Shown here in pieces: positions 22,443 through 34,776 of a stretch of 64,000 nucleotides of DNA. Both the position numbers and the translations under genes were made by a program. The notes under the pieces are model-generated. The model was given only the letters and a program-made list of their open reading frames with translations, made no database searches and was not told the origin of the DNA. The stretch is from Octopus sinensis (Eukaryota). Positions within the stretch are counted from its first letter, which is position 1, and every line of letters begins with the position of its first letter. Location of the stretch: contig NC_043011.1 of the NCBI RefSeq assembly GCF_006345805.1, positions 22,146,464 to 22,210,463 on the forward strand, read 5' to 3'.

Positions 22443-23556
22443 ATATGTATGTATGTATAAAGCATGATTTATTCATGATCAGAGTTGTTCAAAAACCGAG
22501 GTACTACTGTGTATGTATATATATATATATATATATTACATATATATGTGTATGTATAAACGTACTTAGTAAGTTGGCAAAGTAACTAACAGAACATGGC
22601 ATATATGTATGCATCTGTAAAATGCAAGTGGGTTTGCATGATGTGTGCACGAACTCCAAGTAAATCTACAGTTTGTATGTTTTTTTTTGTGCAAGTGAGT
22701 CTGTAAAATGTTCTGTGTATTCAATTGGTTTTGCAATCCTAGTTGCTACTATGCATTCTCACTGAGTAACTAAGTTGGGAAGTGAAATAGTCTGTTGTAG
22801 AGTTCTGCAGTGATAAAACTAGTTACAAAAGGTGATGAACTTGCTAATGATTTGAAGTTCACAAGTGTTCTAAGGTCATAAGTACTCCCTGTTAGAGTGG
22901 TATAACTGTTGAGCTGGTCACTGTTCTACATGACAGATTTCAGAAATCAGTTTTGGTAGTTGATGATATAGGCTCATTTGATACCAGTTGATTGTTCTGA
23001 AAAGTGATCGATATAAGAAACTTGCTGCTGCTGGTCTTTATACAGTAGGCATATTAGTGACTGAACTAGAAAATAGTGAGGTAATTTGATACTGACTCTA
23101 GTTGTTCTGGAGGTAGACTTAATTGGTGACAAAATCAAACTAAATCTGGATTTACATCATATCAGTGTATGCTACAAATATACTTTTGTGAGGTATTCAC
23201 TATAGTTTCTAATAGCTTCTAAAAGTTGAGTAAAATCTTTATTCAATAGTTTTAGGGGGTCTTTTCCAAATAATATAATCCTTTACAATATTAATTGCAC
23301 CACTTAGTGAAAATTGTCATCCATATTTTATGGGTTGTTGTATGAAAATTAGACTCCCATTTGGAAAGGAAATTCAATTCAAGAAGACTACAGTTTTACC
23401 TCTTATAAATGAGCAGATTTTTCTTCAAAGAGAAATATTGTCACTTTAAAGTGAGATTGATGACTGCAAGAGGATACTTTGTCAATTCAGTGGAAGAAGT
23501 TTTGAAAAGTGAAATGTACTCAGTTTGAAATCATCAATCTCATTTTAAAGTGATGT
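20938..23556. repeat. Near-identical tandem duplication, unit ~1.3 kb (20938-22241 / 22242-23551) with GATGT junction microhomology
   Basis: Copies differ by eye only in the (TA)n tract and one substitution (ttgaaaagga vs ttggaaagga). Confidence 0.95.
21049..21199. mobile_element. pogo/Tigger-type foldback MITE with a (TA)n loop (second copy at 22353-22509)
   Basis: TA|CAGTAGAACCTTGGTTTTTGAACAACTC..CATGAATAAGTCATGCTTTAT pairs with ATAAAGCATGATTTATTCATG..GAGTTGTTCAAAAACCGAGGTACTACTG. Confidence 0.8.
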
Positions 23557-23738
23557 ATTCCTTTAGAATTAGTTCTCTTAATGATAAACCACAAGCTGGA
23601 AGACCAAATGATACAGTCGTGATGTCTAGGAATGTTACAGAAAGCCCATAAATTTCAGTGAAATGGGTATTATTGCAAGTTTGTAAATGGGGGTTGGGAA
23701 TGTACATCTGATGTAGTTTCCTGTCTTGTTGTTATTAA

Positions 23739-23942
23739 TCCTTTAGCATTCAGATTATCTGTCAAAAATGTAATGCTTAAATACTCACACTGCTTTTAAT
23801 TAATCTGGCCTGATCTTCCAGTTTCAATGTTTTTATGATGTGATTATTAATTTTTAAAATGACATTGTAGGATAGATGTGAGAGGCTGGATCTAGCCAGT
23901 TTGAACATTTGGGTTAGATATGTCAGTTCAAATGCTAAAGGG
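23739..23942. mobile_element. piggyBac-type MITE
   Basis: TTAA|TCCTTTAGCATT...AATGCTAAAGGG|TTAA; internal sequence shared with 28546-28758. Confidence 0.85.
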
Positions 23943-24324
23943 TTAAACTAATCTTTTCAGTTTTGAGTTCAAATTTGACCTTATATCCTTTTGGGATATG
24001 TAAAATAAGTTCCAGGCTCCAGTTATATGTATTAAATCAGCTATATAACTCCTCTAAATCTCTCTTTTTTTTTCAATGTGGTAGAGTCAAAATAGGATGG
24101 GTAGTACTTATGACCTTTTTCAGGACCTGAGATTAATGGGTGTATGTTATTTTTGCTATGGAGAGCTGACTTGAATACTTGAAGATAAGTAGGCTCCAGA
24201 AAAGGTACCAAGGGCTAGATGATGGTGTTAAACTGGATGATCGGTCTTGTTTATCTCCCCAGAACAGAAATGGTTCCTCCAGTGTTCTTCCATAGTTTCT
24301 GTCTGCTGTACTACATGATAACAT

Positions 24325-24662
24325 CATCATCATCATTTAACACCCACTTTTCTATGCTTGCATGGGTTGGACGGAGCTTATTAAGGCAAATTTTCTACAA
24401 CCCAATGCCCTTCCTGTTCCAAGCAAGGTAATATTTCCCTGTGACCAGACATACTTTTGCAGGATATTGGAAATGAAGGACCCTACTTGTATGACACTAA
24501 CAATCATTTGCATCTGTTATACAATGTCATGGTGACGAGACACAAACACACACACATATACGAAGGACTTCTTTCAGTTTCCCTTTACAAGGCTTAGGTG
24601 AACCCAGAACTACATGGCTGGAAATCCAAAATCAAAATTTTTGCCACAAAGCTATGCTAGCA
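24325..24662 (-). mobile_element. Decayed SINE with (CAT)n tail
   Basis: catcatcatcatttaac...ttctatgcttgcatgggttggacgg...cttctttcagtttcc; reverse of the 651-1088 arrangement. Confidence 0.65.
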
Positions 24663-25199
24663 CTTGTATTTATATATACTGTAGTCCAATATGGTATTTG
24701 AGAGTGAAATACTGTCAGTGCACCAGTAATTTATTCATTGAACTCCCTACTGATAATATACATATAACAATATGATGAATATGCAGACTAACATATATAT
24801 ACCAGTTGATTTCCCCAATTAATTTAATCCCTAAGTAACAGGAAATTTAAAGGCAGTATCCCGTATACAGTTAAAGTGTGCTTAGTTACTGAGAAAATCC
24901 CAACATAGAATTTGATATTAGCAAAGCTGATTCCTCTTTATCTGTCCTTGAAGATGTATATAAAGGCAAAGTGGTTATATCTGGCTTTATATATTAAAAA
25001 AAAAAAATCTATAGATACATTCTTTAGAATAGTATAGCACTGAAGCAAAACAAGAATTAATGAAATTTCACTGATGAGACTTTGGTCAACCCAAGTTTAT
25101 AGTTGCACATTACCATGTAGTTGGAAGTAAATTTCTTAATCACGGAGTCATACCTGGACCTATCTCTTTGTGACTGAGAAATCTATATTAATGCAATTG

Positions 25200-25470
25200 G
25201 AAGGCAGCAAGCTGGCAGAATTGTTAGTACATCAGGAAAAATGCCTAGCAGCATTTCTGTCTACATTCATCATCATCATTTAACGTCTGTTGTCCATGCT
25301 AGCATGGGTTGGACAATTTGACCAGGGCTGGTAAGTTGGAAGGCTGCACCAGACCCCAATTTGATTTGGCATGGTTTTTCTTAGGCTGGATGCCTTCCTA
25401 ATGCCAACCACTCTGAGAGTGTAATGGGTGCTTTTACGTGCTAACAATTCTGCTAGTTCACTGCCTTAAC
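25200..25470. mobile_element. Nested SINE fragments: + strand head, - strand (CAT)n-tailed retroposon, inverted head fragment
   Basis: aaggcagcaagctggcagaattgttag at ~25201; catcatcatcatttaacgtc from ~25267; ctaacaattctgctagttcactgcctt at 25441-25468. Confidence 0.7.
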
Positions 25471-26328
25471 GCAACTTTAAAATTAATATATATATATATA
25501 ATATTTTCCATTCTTTTCTCCCTAGGAGGGCCTAGCCCATAAACTAAGAAAGCTTTAGAATTTGGTTGCAAGTTCCCTTTGTGAAATATATTCTGCTAAT
25601 GGTATAGCTGTTTCACTGCAAAACAATTCACCACAAACTTTAAATCAGAGTAATAAAATATTGACATAACAAGTTCTCATTACAAATGAATGAAACTGAT
25701 TAAAGCCATTTTAGTGTATAAATAGCAAATATTTGAAGACTAACCTTTCTTAAAAGTTCTTGTTATATTTCTTCTACCAGTATTATATATCGTTTATTCA
25801 GTTAACATCTGTTTTATATGCTGCATGCCTTAGACAGAAGAAAGCTGAGGCAGTTTTCTTCTGTCTAAGAAGAATGCACATCTGTTGCCAACCATTAGCT
25901 ATTTTGTAAAGTAAGGATTATTTATCCCATAGGAAATCAAAAACACAGAGCTAGTAGATAATTCATTGTCAGAAAATATCAACAAACCCGACCAGTATTT
26001 CAGCATAGCTTTGTGACCATTCACATAGACAAACATGCGCACGCATGCATGAAACAGGCTTTTTTCAGAAATGTGTACTGATGGCACACTTTCATTTAGT
26101 GGTTCTGAGAAGAAAAAGGTATGAAAAGCTATTAATTGTAGAGAATGCATGGGAGTAAGAAGGTTTTTCTCAATGTGTACCTAGTGGTACTGGCTATTTT
26201 AGTAGTATGATAGATAAAGCAATTTCCAATTAAAGATATGGAGGCAGGGACAGCACCTAAACCATTAGAAGTCACTGCTGAGAGGCAGCATAAAATATGG
26301 TCAAGTTATCTATATAGCCAATCAGATT

Positions 26329-27400
26329 GTACAAAGGCTGACTGAAAAGTTCTTATGCTGACCAAGATATTCTCATGGAATAACATAGTTCTCTTTGCAG
26401 TCGACACATTTCTTCCATTGGTTTTGCAGTGCTTGGATTCCATTGTAAAGAAGCTTTCATTCTGTTGGTCAGAAGAGTTATCAGCAGATGTGATGTCCTC
26501 ATCACTGATACTGGTTCTCAATCAAGTGATTTTTCATGTTGGGGGAACAGATGATTGCCAGATGGGGCCATTGAAATGTAGGATTTGTGTGCTGGAGCAT
26601 TGTCTTGATGAAACGAAACCCCTTTTGTCAGTTTTCCTAGGTGTTTGGTCTTGATAGCCTTTCATAACTATCTCAGCAAATTGGCATAATACTCTCCATT
26701 GATGGTGTGGCCCTTTGAGAATAGTCAGTTAACACAATACCTTTTGTATTAAAAAAACTGAGACCATCACCCTCCCTGCAGATTGGCCTTCTTTGCAGCA
26801 GATGAGGAGGGATGTTTCTACTACATCAGTTGGCCCTTTTTCTTTGACTCAAAGCGATAAAATCAACACTCATCCTGAGTTAGGAAATGTTCAAGGAAAC
26901 CAGCTGGATTTGCTTTAAACAATGTCAGATTTTGTCATGATGTTACCAGCCTGGGGCAGTATTTAACCAGGTGTCAGAAGGTAAACCTTCATCATGCCAA
27001 GTTCATTGTGCAGAATATTCTCAACTCTCATGAGATATGCTAATAACATTGACTGTTTGAATTACAGTCAATTACCTATCATCCACCACCATATGATGAA
27101 TACAATCAGTGTTTTCCTCAGTGGTGGCAGTTGTTGGACATTCAGAACCTAGGTCATCTTCAAGATTCTGTTCCCCTCCAAATATTCATCTGCACACTTT
27201 TGCACTGTTGATAAAGCTGGAACATCATCCCCTAATGTAGCAACCATGTCAGTATGAATGTCCTTGGAGGCTAAACCTTTTTTCTGCTGGTACTTGATAA
27301 TATCATGATGTCAAATTTTGTCCATTTTCAAGAGAAGTCACTACTAGTGATATTTGAAGTCTTCTTTGAAGAGTCAGATGTTAGTTTACCTGGAAAGAAA
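26329..27400 (-). mobile_element. mariner transposase remnant with internal deletion
   Basis: Minus strand FHQDNAPAHKS and HLFPNMKNHL; TIR-like TACAAAGGCTGACTGAAAAGTTC at 26329; right boundary uncertain. Confidence 0.72.
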
Positions 27401-27729
27401 CCACGCAGTTATCAAGACGAGTTGAAATGAATGCATGCAAGATTTCACAGATCTAGCATCACTCCTTCATATTTAGCCTATGGACTTTTTAGCCCACCCC
27501 AATACAGGATGGTATCATATTCAATGATTGGAGAAGCATGACCATAGTCAATTGGTGCAAAGGTAAAGACATGCCTTAGAGAAAGAGAGAGAGGGTTGGG
27601 GGTGGAGAGTAATTATAGTGGTATAAAATTACTGGACAAGGTCATGAAAATTACAAAAAGCTTTATAGCTTAATTAGTTAGGAAGAGAATTATTGTAAAT
27701 GAGATACAATTCTGTTTCATGCTTAGATG

Positions 27730-29170
27730 AGATGTAGTTTGGTATTGTGCCAGAGGGAAGTACTACTGATGCTCCCTTCCTGTTGAGGTTACTGCAGCAG
27801 AAGTACTTAGCTAAAAGTAAATCACAGTACTTAGCATTTGTTGACATGGAGCAAAGCTTTGACAGGGTTCTTTGCTCTATGTTCTGGTGGTCATTGAGGA
27901 AGTTAGAAACAGATAAAATGGCTTGTGAAAGCCATATGAAAAGTGCTATCTGTGAGGTGAGAGTTTGCCCAGAGTTTATCAATGAATTTAGTTTACAAAT
28001 GGGGAATCACCCTGGTAAAATCCTACCTGCATTCTAAATTCCCCAATTCATCACAGTCCTCCTGGCCCTAACAGAAATTTTCAGACCAGAGCCCATTGTA
28101 ACTGCTATATGCTGATGACTTTGTTTTTAAAACTGAATCTTGAGTAGAATTAGAAAAGAAATTCTAGGTGTGGAAGCAAGACCTGGAATCAAAGTTAACT
28201 TAGCAAAGACCATGGTTTCAATAAGTAGAAAAACAGACAAGGCTCTACTTCCATCAGAGAGAAATTCCATACAGTGTACCTAGTACAAACAATGGATACA
28301 TAAGCAGGGCAGTGCTATCATAGGCAGGTTAACAGCGCAAGTAGACTTTGTTTTTGGCCAATGTGCAGGAGCAATAACCATTGAGAAGATGGAAAATGGG
28401 TTTTTTTTTTTCAAATGCTCAGGAAGATCCCTAGGGGTGGTAGATAGCTTTTGGTACCAATTTAACTAAATCAGCAGTGGAGGAGGATATTAAAAGTATC
28501 ATAGCTAGGGTAAGAAAAAGATACAGAAAGTTCAAAGAAATTTAACCCTTTAGCATTCAGATTATTTTGTCAAATGAAACGCTTATTTAGTCACTATTTC
28601 GAATTAATCATGCATTTAACTCATAGCTTTGAGATTTTGATGATGTGATTGTTAATTTCTAGAATGACATTGTAGGGTAGGTGTGAGAAGATGGATCTGG
28701 CCAGTGTCAACATAAAACAATGTTTTGGCCAGATATGACCAGTTTAAATGCTAAAGGGTTAATGTCTGTTGGTAACAAAAGAAAGGCAGATTGTATGATG
28801 TTTATGTATTGATTGCAATGCTACAAAGTAGAAAGACATGGGCTCCGAATGCAGAGGTCAGGTAAAGAATTTTAAAAATTAAGCTAGCATACACTGCTGT
28901 ATGTTAAACTGTGTATGGAAGTTGAAGTACAAATATATTGAGGAAGGAATCATGGAGTGTGCAAGAGAAAATTACACTAATGTGAACATATGCACATGGA
29001 TAAGGACAGCTGTATAAGGAAGTGTTGATCTCTTAATGTGGATGAAGCTAGTGGCAGAGAGAAACCCAGCAAAATATGACAATGAAAAGTAAGGGCTGAA
29101 TCAGATTTTTGAGCCTCACAGAGATGACAAAAGATCAAGATGACTGGTGATATACAATGTTCGAGAAGAT
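27730..29170 (+). mobile_element. Degenerate RTE LINE (RT region) interrupted by a piggyBac MITE
   Basis: STTDAPFLLRLLQQKYLAKSKSQYLAFVDMEQSFDRV and LLYADD (ctgctatatgctgatgac near 28101). Confidence 0.82.
28546..28758. mobile_element. piggyBac-type MITE (213 bp)
   Basis: TTAA|CCCTTTAGCATT...AATGCTAAAGGG|TTAA; perfect 12-bp TIRs and TTAA TSD. Confidence 0.92.
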
Positions 29171-29450
29171 CTGTTCATCATTGACAGGGTTGCTAGTTTA
29201 GTCACTGATGGCCTGACCATATGACAAGTTGTACTGGATTTCATGTTACTAGTAGCACTAATAGTGACTTGACACACAAGAATTTTGGTTGAAAGCAATA
29301 ATGGTTTGAACAAAAAAAATGGCATTACTAACACCTTGTATGCACAGGACTAAATATCTTTTATGTAAATATCAGCTTCCTTGACTTTTGTCCCAATTTG
29401 TAGAGAGAAAGAAATGGTTTTGAAATGTGTGTGTGTGTGTATGTATGCAT

Positions 29451-29615
29451 AGGAGTGGCTGTGTGGTAAAAGAGCTTGCTTCCCAACTACATGGTTCTGG
29501 GTTCAGTCCCACTGTATGGCACCTTGAGCAAATGTCTTCTACTATAACCTCAGGCTGACCATAGCTTTGTGAGTGGATTTGGTGGATGGAAACTGAAAGC
29601 AACCTGATGCGTGTG

Positions 29616-29656
<41 letters not shown>

Positions 29657-29865
29657 TGTATGTGTCTGTGTTTGTCCCCCACCACTGCTTGACAACTGTT
29701 GTTGGTGTGTTTACATCCCCATAACTTAGTGGTTCACCAAAAACGACCACTAGAATAAGTGCCAGGTTTAAAAGAATGTACTGGGGTTAATTCATTCAAC
29801 TAAAGTCCTTTAAGGCAGTGCCCTATCATGGCTGCAGTCTAATGACTGAAACACGTAAAAGAATG
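29451..29865 (+). mobile_element. CORE-type tRNA-derived SINE
   Basis: AGGAGTGGCTGTGTGGTAAAA A-box-like, GGGTTCAGTCCC B-box-like, tggcaccttgagcaaatgtcttctac. Confidence 0.88.
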
Positions 29866-29991
29866 TCTGTGTGTGTATGTATATATATATATATTTCTAT
29901 CATCTGTCTGGATGTTTTGTTGTCCCTTTTTGTATTACCTAGCTGTCCGGATGTTTTGCGTTCTTGTCCCATTTTGTATTTTATATATATA

Positions 29992-30187
29992 CTCTTCTAC
30001 TTGTTTCAGTCACTTGACTGAGGCCATGCTGGAGCACCGCCTTTAGTTGATCGAGCAAATCAACCCCAGGACTTATTCTTTGTAAGCCTAGTACTTATTC
30101 TATTGGTCTCTTTTGCTGAACCGCTAAGTTACGGGGACGTAAACACACGAGCATCAGTTGTCAAGCGATGTTGGGGGACAAACACAA

Positions 30188-30218
<31 letters not shown>

Positions 30219-30381
30219 CGACGGGCTTCTTTCAGTTTCCGTCTGCCAAATCCACTCACAAGGCTTTGGTTGGCCCGAGGCTATAGTAGAAGACACTTGC
30301 CCAAAGTGCCATGCAGTGGGACTGAATCTGGAACGTTGTGGTTGGTAAGCAAGCTACTTACCACACAGCCACTCCTACGCC
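29992..30381 (-). mobile_element. CORE-type tRNA-derived SINE (well preserved)
   Basis: Reverse of GGCGTAGGAGTGGCTGTGTGGTAAGTAGCTTGCTTACCAACC...GGGCAAGTGTCTTCTACTATAGCCTCGGGCC. Confidence 0.9.
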
Positions 30382-30398
30382 TATATATATATATATAT

Positions 30399-31140
30399 AG
30401 TGGTGTATGTACACTTTGTTCTTTTATATGTTAGTACACATTTTTCAAAATCTTGTACAACTCTATTTCTACCAGCCCTTCCACGCTTATTCGTTCATTC
30501 CACTCTTCATTCTTTCGTTCCCCTTCTCTCACATTTCTTTGCTTTCTCTTCTTACTCACTTTCACTTCACTGTGTCCCTGTCATTTTTTCTCGCCCCCTC
30601 CTTAATTCTTCTGTCCCTCTGCTTCTACTTCTCTCCCTTCTCTTCCCACGTAACTGATCGGCCAAGCCTGCTCTTTCTTGCTTCATCTGACCATTGTCCG
30701 TGCAACATTGATATTCTTACCTGTGTTTGTGAAATTTTTCTATCTCTGCCATAAGGCTTCATTTCCTCATGCGCCAGCTTAATTCAATTCGTCCTTAGTC
30801 GGAAGACACCTGTTGTTATGTCCTGTTATTATTTTTATTGTATTTATATTTGTGTAACATTGTCCATTTTTTCCGTCCTTGTTTTTATATACATCGCTGC
30901 TTTCTTCCAAGCAATCTAATGTTCTTAGCTTAGTTTTTCCTTGGGGTTGGCCAGATTGGAGCAATCTCAAGAATAATCAGCCGAAATTGCGAGGATAATC
31001 TGGTGCTTGACTGAAGAAAGAAAACTTCGAATGACCCGTCCTTGTTTTCTTTGTATTGTCTATCTAGATGTTTTGTTGTCCCTTTTTGTATCACCTAGCT
31101 GCCCGGATGTTTTGCGTTCTTGTCTCAGTTTGTATTTTTC
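30399..31140 (+). mobile_element. Unclassified pyrimidine-rich repeat, possibly Penelope-like LTR; its 3' ~90 bp recur at 29901-29990
   Basis: gatgttttgttgtccctttttgtat.acctagctg.ccggatgttttgcgttcttgtc present twice; hammerhead-like CTGAAGA at 31011. Confidence 0.5.
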
Positions 31141-31589
31141 ATATATGCATGCAGGCACATTGTTTTAAAAATTCATAAAAATATTTCTAATGCTATGCAA
31201 TTTCACGAGGGAAGTTATAAGAGTTACCTGGCTTGTACAAAGTTTAACATGTTTGGAGTATTCTCGCAAGAGCCAGAAATAAAATGAAAAACATGAACTT
31301 AAGACAGCCATTTTTGCATGTGTTGTTTGGAAATATTTTAAAAGGAACAAAGATAACCATTTTTTTTCATATCTTTCTTTTTATATTGTAAAATATATTC
31401 AAACAACAACTATTTCAAAGAAAAGCAGGCTTGGATTACTGGCCAAATGATTGGAAACATGTAACTTGGAGTATTAGGATTAGGAGTCATTTAGTTATTT
31501 TAAAGGATAACCTATACATATGTATTGAGTTCTGTGAGTCATTGCTTCTTACTGAATCAGCAGTTATACACACTCACACACACACATGT

Positions 31590-31745
31590 AAGATTGGTGG
31601 TGTTAGGACGGGCATCAAGCTATAGAAACCATGCCAAAGCTGACATTGGAGCCTGATGTAACCCTGCAGCTTGCTGGATCCTGTCAAACCACTCTATCCA
31701 TAGTAGCATTAGAAAACAAATGTAAAATAATAATTATGATGATGG
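31590..31745 (+). mobile_element. Retroposon tail fragment ((GAT)n family)
   Basis: ggtgttaggacgggcatcaagctatagaaaccatgccaaag. Confidence 0.7.
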
Positions 31746-32289
31746 TGGTGGTGGCAGCAGTGGTAGTGGAGCATGCATACAGAGTTTATTCTAGAAGACA
31801 TGAATGGCATTCATGCTAATTCTACTTGTCTATTATTTTAAACATAATTCTGAAGCTGGATAATTCATGTGGGACATTAGTGGTGTATGTGTGTGAATCC
31901 AAATTTTGTTCAATAAACCAGATTGTTGATTATATCAGTTAAAAGAAAAACATAGAAAGAAAAGGAATCAAACTGGAAATTTGAAATTTACTAAATATTT
32001 ATATTTAACATGAAAAAGAAGCAATGAATTCACTGTAAAAATGTCTAAGATAGTAAAATTCATTTCGGCAAGAAATAAGGTTCTGATCATCTGTTCACTA
32101 CTGTTAAAATTATTCATCCAGATTTTAATTCACAAAATTATATACATCATGTGTGTATATATATATATATCTTGCTGAATTGAGTACTTTTTTGTTGATC
32201 CTACTAATAAAAGAACAGTGCACTATCATCATCATCTTCATTTAGCTGTTAAATGTTGTTATACATCTCTAGTCACAATGCGCTTTGCA

Positions 32290-32512
32290 TCATTTTAGCT
32301 TTCAAATGATGCCACCTCATCGGCTTGGCAAGCAGGCCAACATTTGGCAGCTAGTCTGTTGTAGAGTTATCCATTTACAACTGAGTGGATTGGAGCAATG
32401 TGAAATGAAGTGTTTTGCTCAAGAATGCAACATGCCACATGGTCTGGGAATTGAATCTAGGATCTAGCAATCGTGAGTGCAACATCCTAACCACTAGGCC
32501 ATGTGTCTTCAT
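32290..32512 (-). mobile_element. tRNA-derived SINE (family of 45615-45968)
   Basis: Reverse head TGGCCTAGTGGTTAGGATG...GATTCAATTCCC; body ggagcaatgtgaaatgaagtgttttgctcaagaa. Confidence 0.75.
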
Positions 32513-32803
32513 ATATATATACATACATACATATTGTAAATGTAAATCAATTCAAAAGAAGGCTTTTGTTTACACTTTGTTTTGCTTGCCATCTAATCTG
32601 TCAATCATGGCTGCCAAACATTTAAGATGCATTATTTTATATTAGGTAAAAACAGCATCCATCAATGTCATTCAACACTACGCTGTATATTTGTACTCAA
32701 TACAATACAAAATATGATATCTATATTTTTATCTACTATTTTGCTATTATAAAAAGGAATTAATGACAGAATGTTATAGTTCATAACATATATATATATA
32801 TAT

Positions 32804-32983
32804 CATCATCATCATCATTTAGCGTCTGCTTTCCATGCTAGCATGGGTTGGACGGTTCAACTGGGGTCTGTGAAGCCAGAAGGCTGCATCAGGCCCAGTC
32901 TGATCTGGCAGTGTTTCTACGGCTGGATGCCCTTCCTAACGCCAGCCACTCCGTGAGTGTAGTGGGTGCTTTTTACGTGCCAG
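32804..32983 (-). mobile_element. Young retroposon tail between (TA)n runs
   Basis: (cat)n tttagcgtctgctttccatgctagcatgggttggacgg...; (TA)n at 32788-32803 and 32984-33009. Confidence 0.9.
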
Positions 32984-33009
32984 ATATATATATATATATA
33001 TATATATAT

Positions 33010-33203
33010 GTTGGTGCCATGTTAAAAGCACTCAGTACTCACTGTAAAGTGATTAATATTAGGAAGGGCATCCAGCTGTAGAAACCAAGCCAAATCAGAC
33101 TGGAACCTAGTGTAGCACTTCAGCTTACCAGCTCTCATCAAACTGTTCAACCCATGCCAACATGGACAATGGACGTTAAAGGATGATGAGGATGATGATG
33201 ATA
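33010..33203 (+). mobile_element. Older copy of the same tail, head-to-head with 32804-32983
   Basis: attaggaagggcatccagctgtagaaacc...caacccatgccaacatggacaatggacgttaaaggatgatgag. Confidence 0.82.
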
Positions 33204-34776
33204 TATACTGAGCTTAGTTTCTATTTACCAAACTTACTTTTAAGTCACTGGTTGGCTTGAAACTGTGTGGCTGTAAAGAAAACTTCTCAGCCACAGAGCC
33301 ATTCTTGCATCTATTCTAAACCACACAGTTGTGCCTGCTCCTATATTTTTCTTCAGTGTAAGATTTAGTTACCATACCCTGTTAATCAGTTGTAGGTATG
33401 ATGAAATGTAACATTGGTGTGGGTGTTTATGCAGATACAACAAGTATTTGTGGTATAAGGTAGGCATATTTTCATACTTAGTTGTTGTTATTCTCATTTG
33501 TACTACAATAACTTGCTAATGTATACTACAATACTTCTTCCCCCAAAGTGTTTTTTCCTGCCATTCTCAGAGGATATACACATGTATCAAATATCTTGTA
33601 TTCACTATACAGCCATGTATTTATGTTTCCAGATATCAGCCTGTTCCACTGCTCTACTTGTCATTGTGCCAATATTCAACTTACTTATCTAAAGCTGAAA
33701 TGGGATATTAACGATACAATAACTGGTTAGCTATATGGATGAGTGCACACATCTGATATCACTTTTACTGTTCCTATACTTTGTTTACATCACACTGTAA
33801 GTGTTATTCATGAAGTGTTGCTGTAGAAATATGTGGAATTACCACTAATCTAGTTCTTCATAGTTACAACACATTTATAATTAAAAAAGATTGTTAGGCA
33901 CAAGGATAAGTTTATTTAGCAAAAGCTTAGTTGCACGTGGTATCAAAATGGAAATACAAAAGTATTGCACTAAAAGTAGGACATGATAAGTTCATATAAA
34001 GCTTGAAGAATGACTATGGACACTGTATAAGCTATCCAATTGATGAAATTGATGCTGTTGATGTTCCGTTTGGATGCCTGTAAGTTGACTTCTGCAAGAA
34101 AAATAGAGTCCGGGAATAAATTCCAGAGTGATGCAGTTTTTGAAAGGAATTATTAGGGAAAAAACTGTTTAGTAAAGGATCTGGGAAGTGGGATGAGAGT
34201 AGGACAGATTGGTGTGTTTGCTAAGTCTGGGTAGAGTGGTTACTTTTGCTAGCTAGGTCAGAGAGCTGAAGTCATAGTGGTAATTGAGTGAGGAAGCTGA
34301 GAGGAGAACCATTGTATCTGAATTTGTAGTTGTAATGTGTTGGTGAGCAAATAAATCTCTGCTAGTTAGTTGGAATGGTCTTACTTTGGAAAGCTTTATA
34401 TTTCTGTATGCAACAACACTATACAACAACAACATTTTTCAGTGATATTTTTAGAGTACTGTTTGTTGTTGGTTTTATATTAATTTTCACTGTACAGTGT
34501 GGTGATATATGTTGTAGCCAAATCAACCATACCAGTTTTACATCATAATGACAACATGAATGGAAAAAGCAATGAATTTGTGTTAACTTGTTTTGTAACA
34601 TAAGAAAACCACTTTTGGATTTGATGTACAACAATATGCTGATGAAGATTAAGATTAAAAGTTTGAGTTGGATTGGTGATACATGAATTTGATCAGTACA
34701 TTGTTGTCAGTTAATTTAATTTAATAGGATATAATGATGTTGACTTGTTAAATAGCACTAATATATATATATATAT

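Noticed and set aside
29451-29530. tRNA-like sequences here and at 35102, 45900 and 11290
   Set aside because: They are SINE heads with A/B boxes that continue into SINE bodies; no acceptor stem or complete cloverleaf
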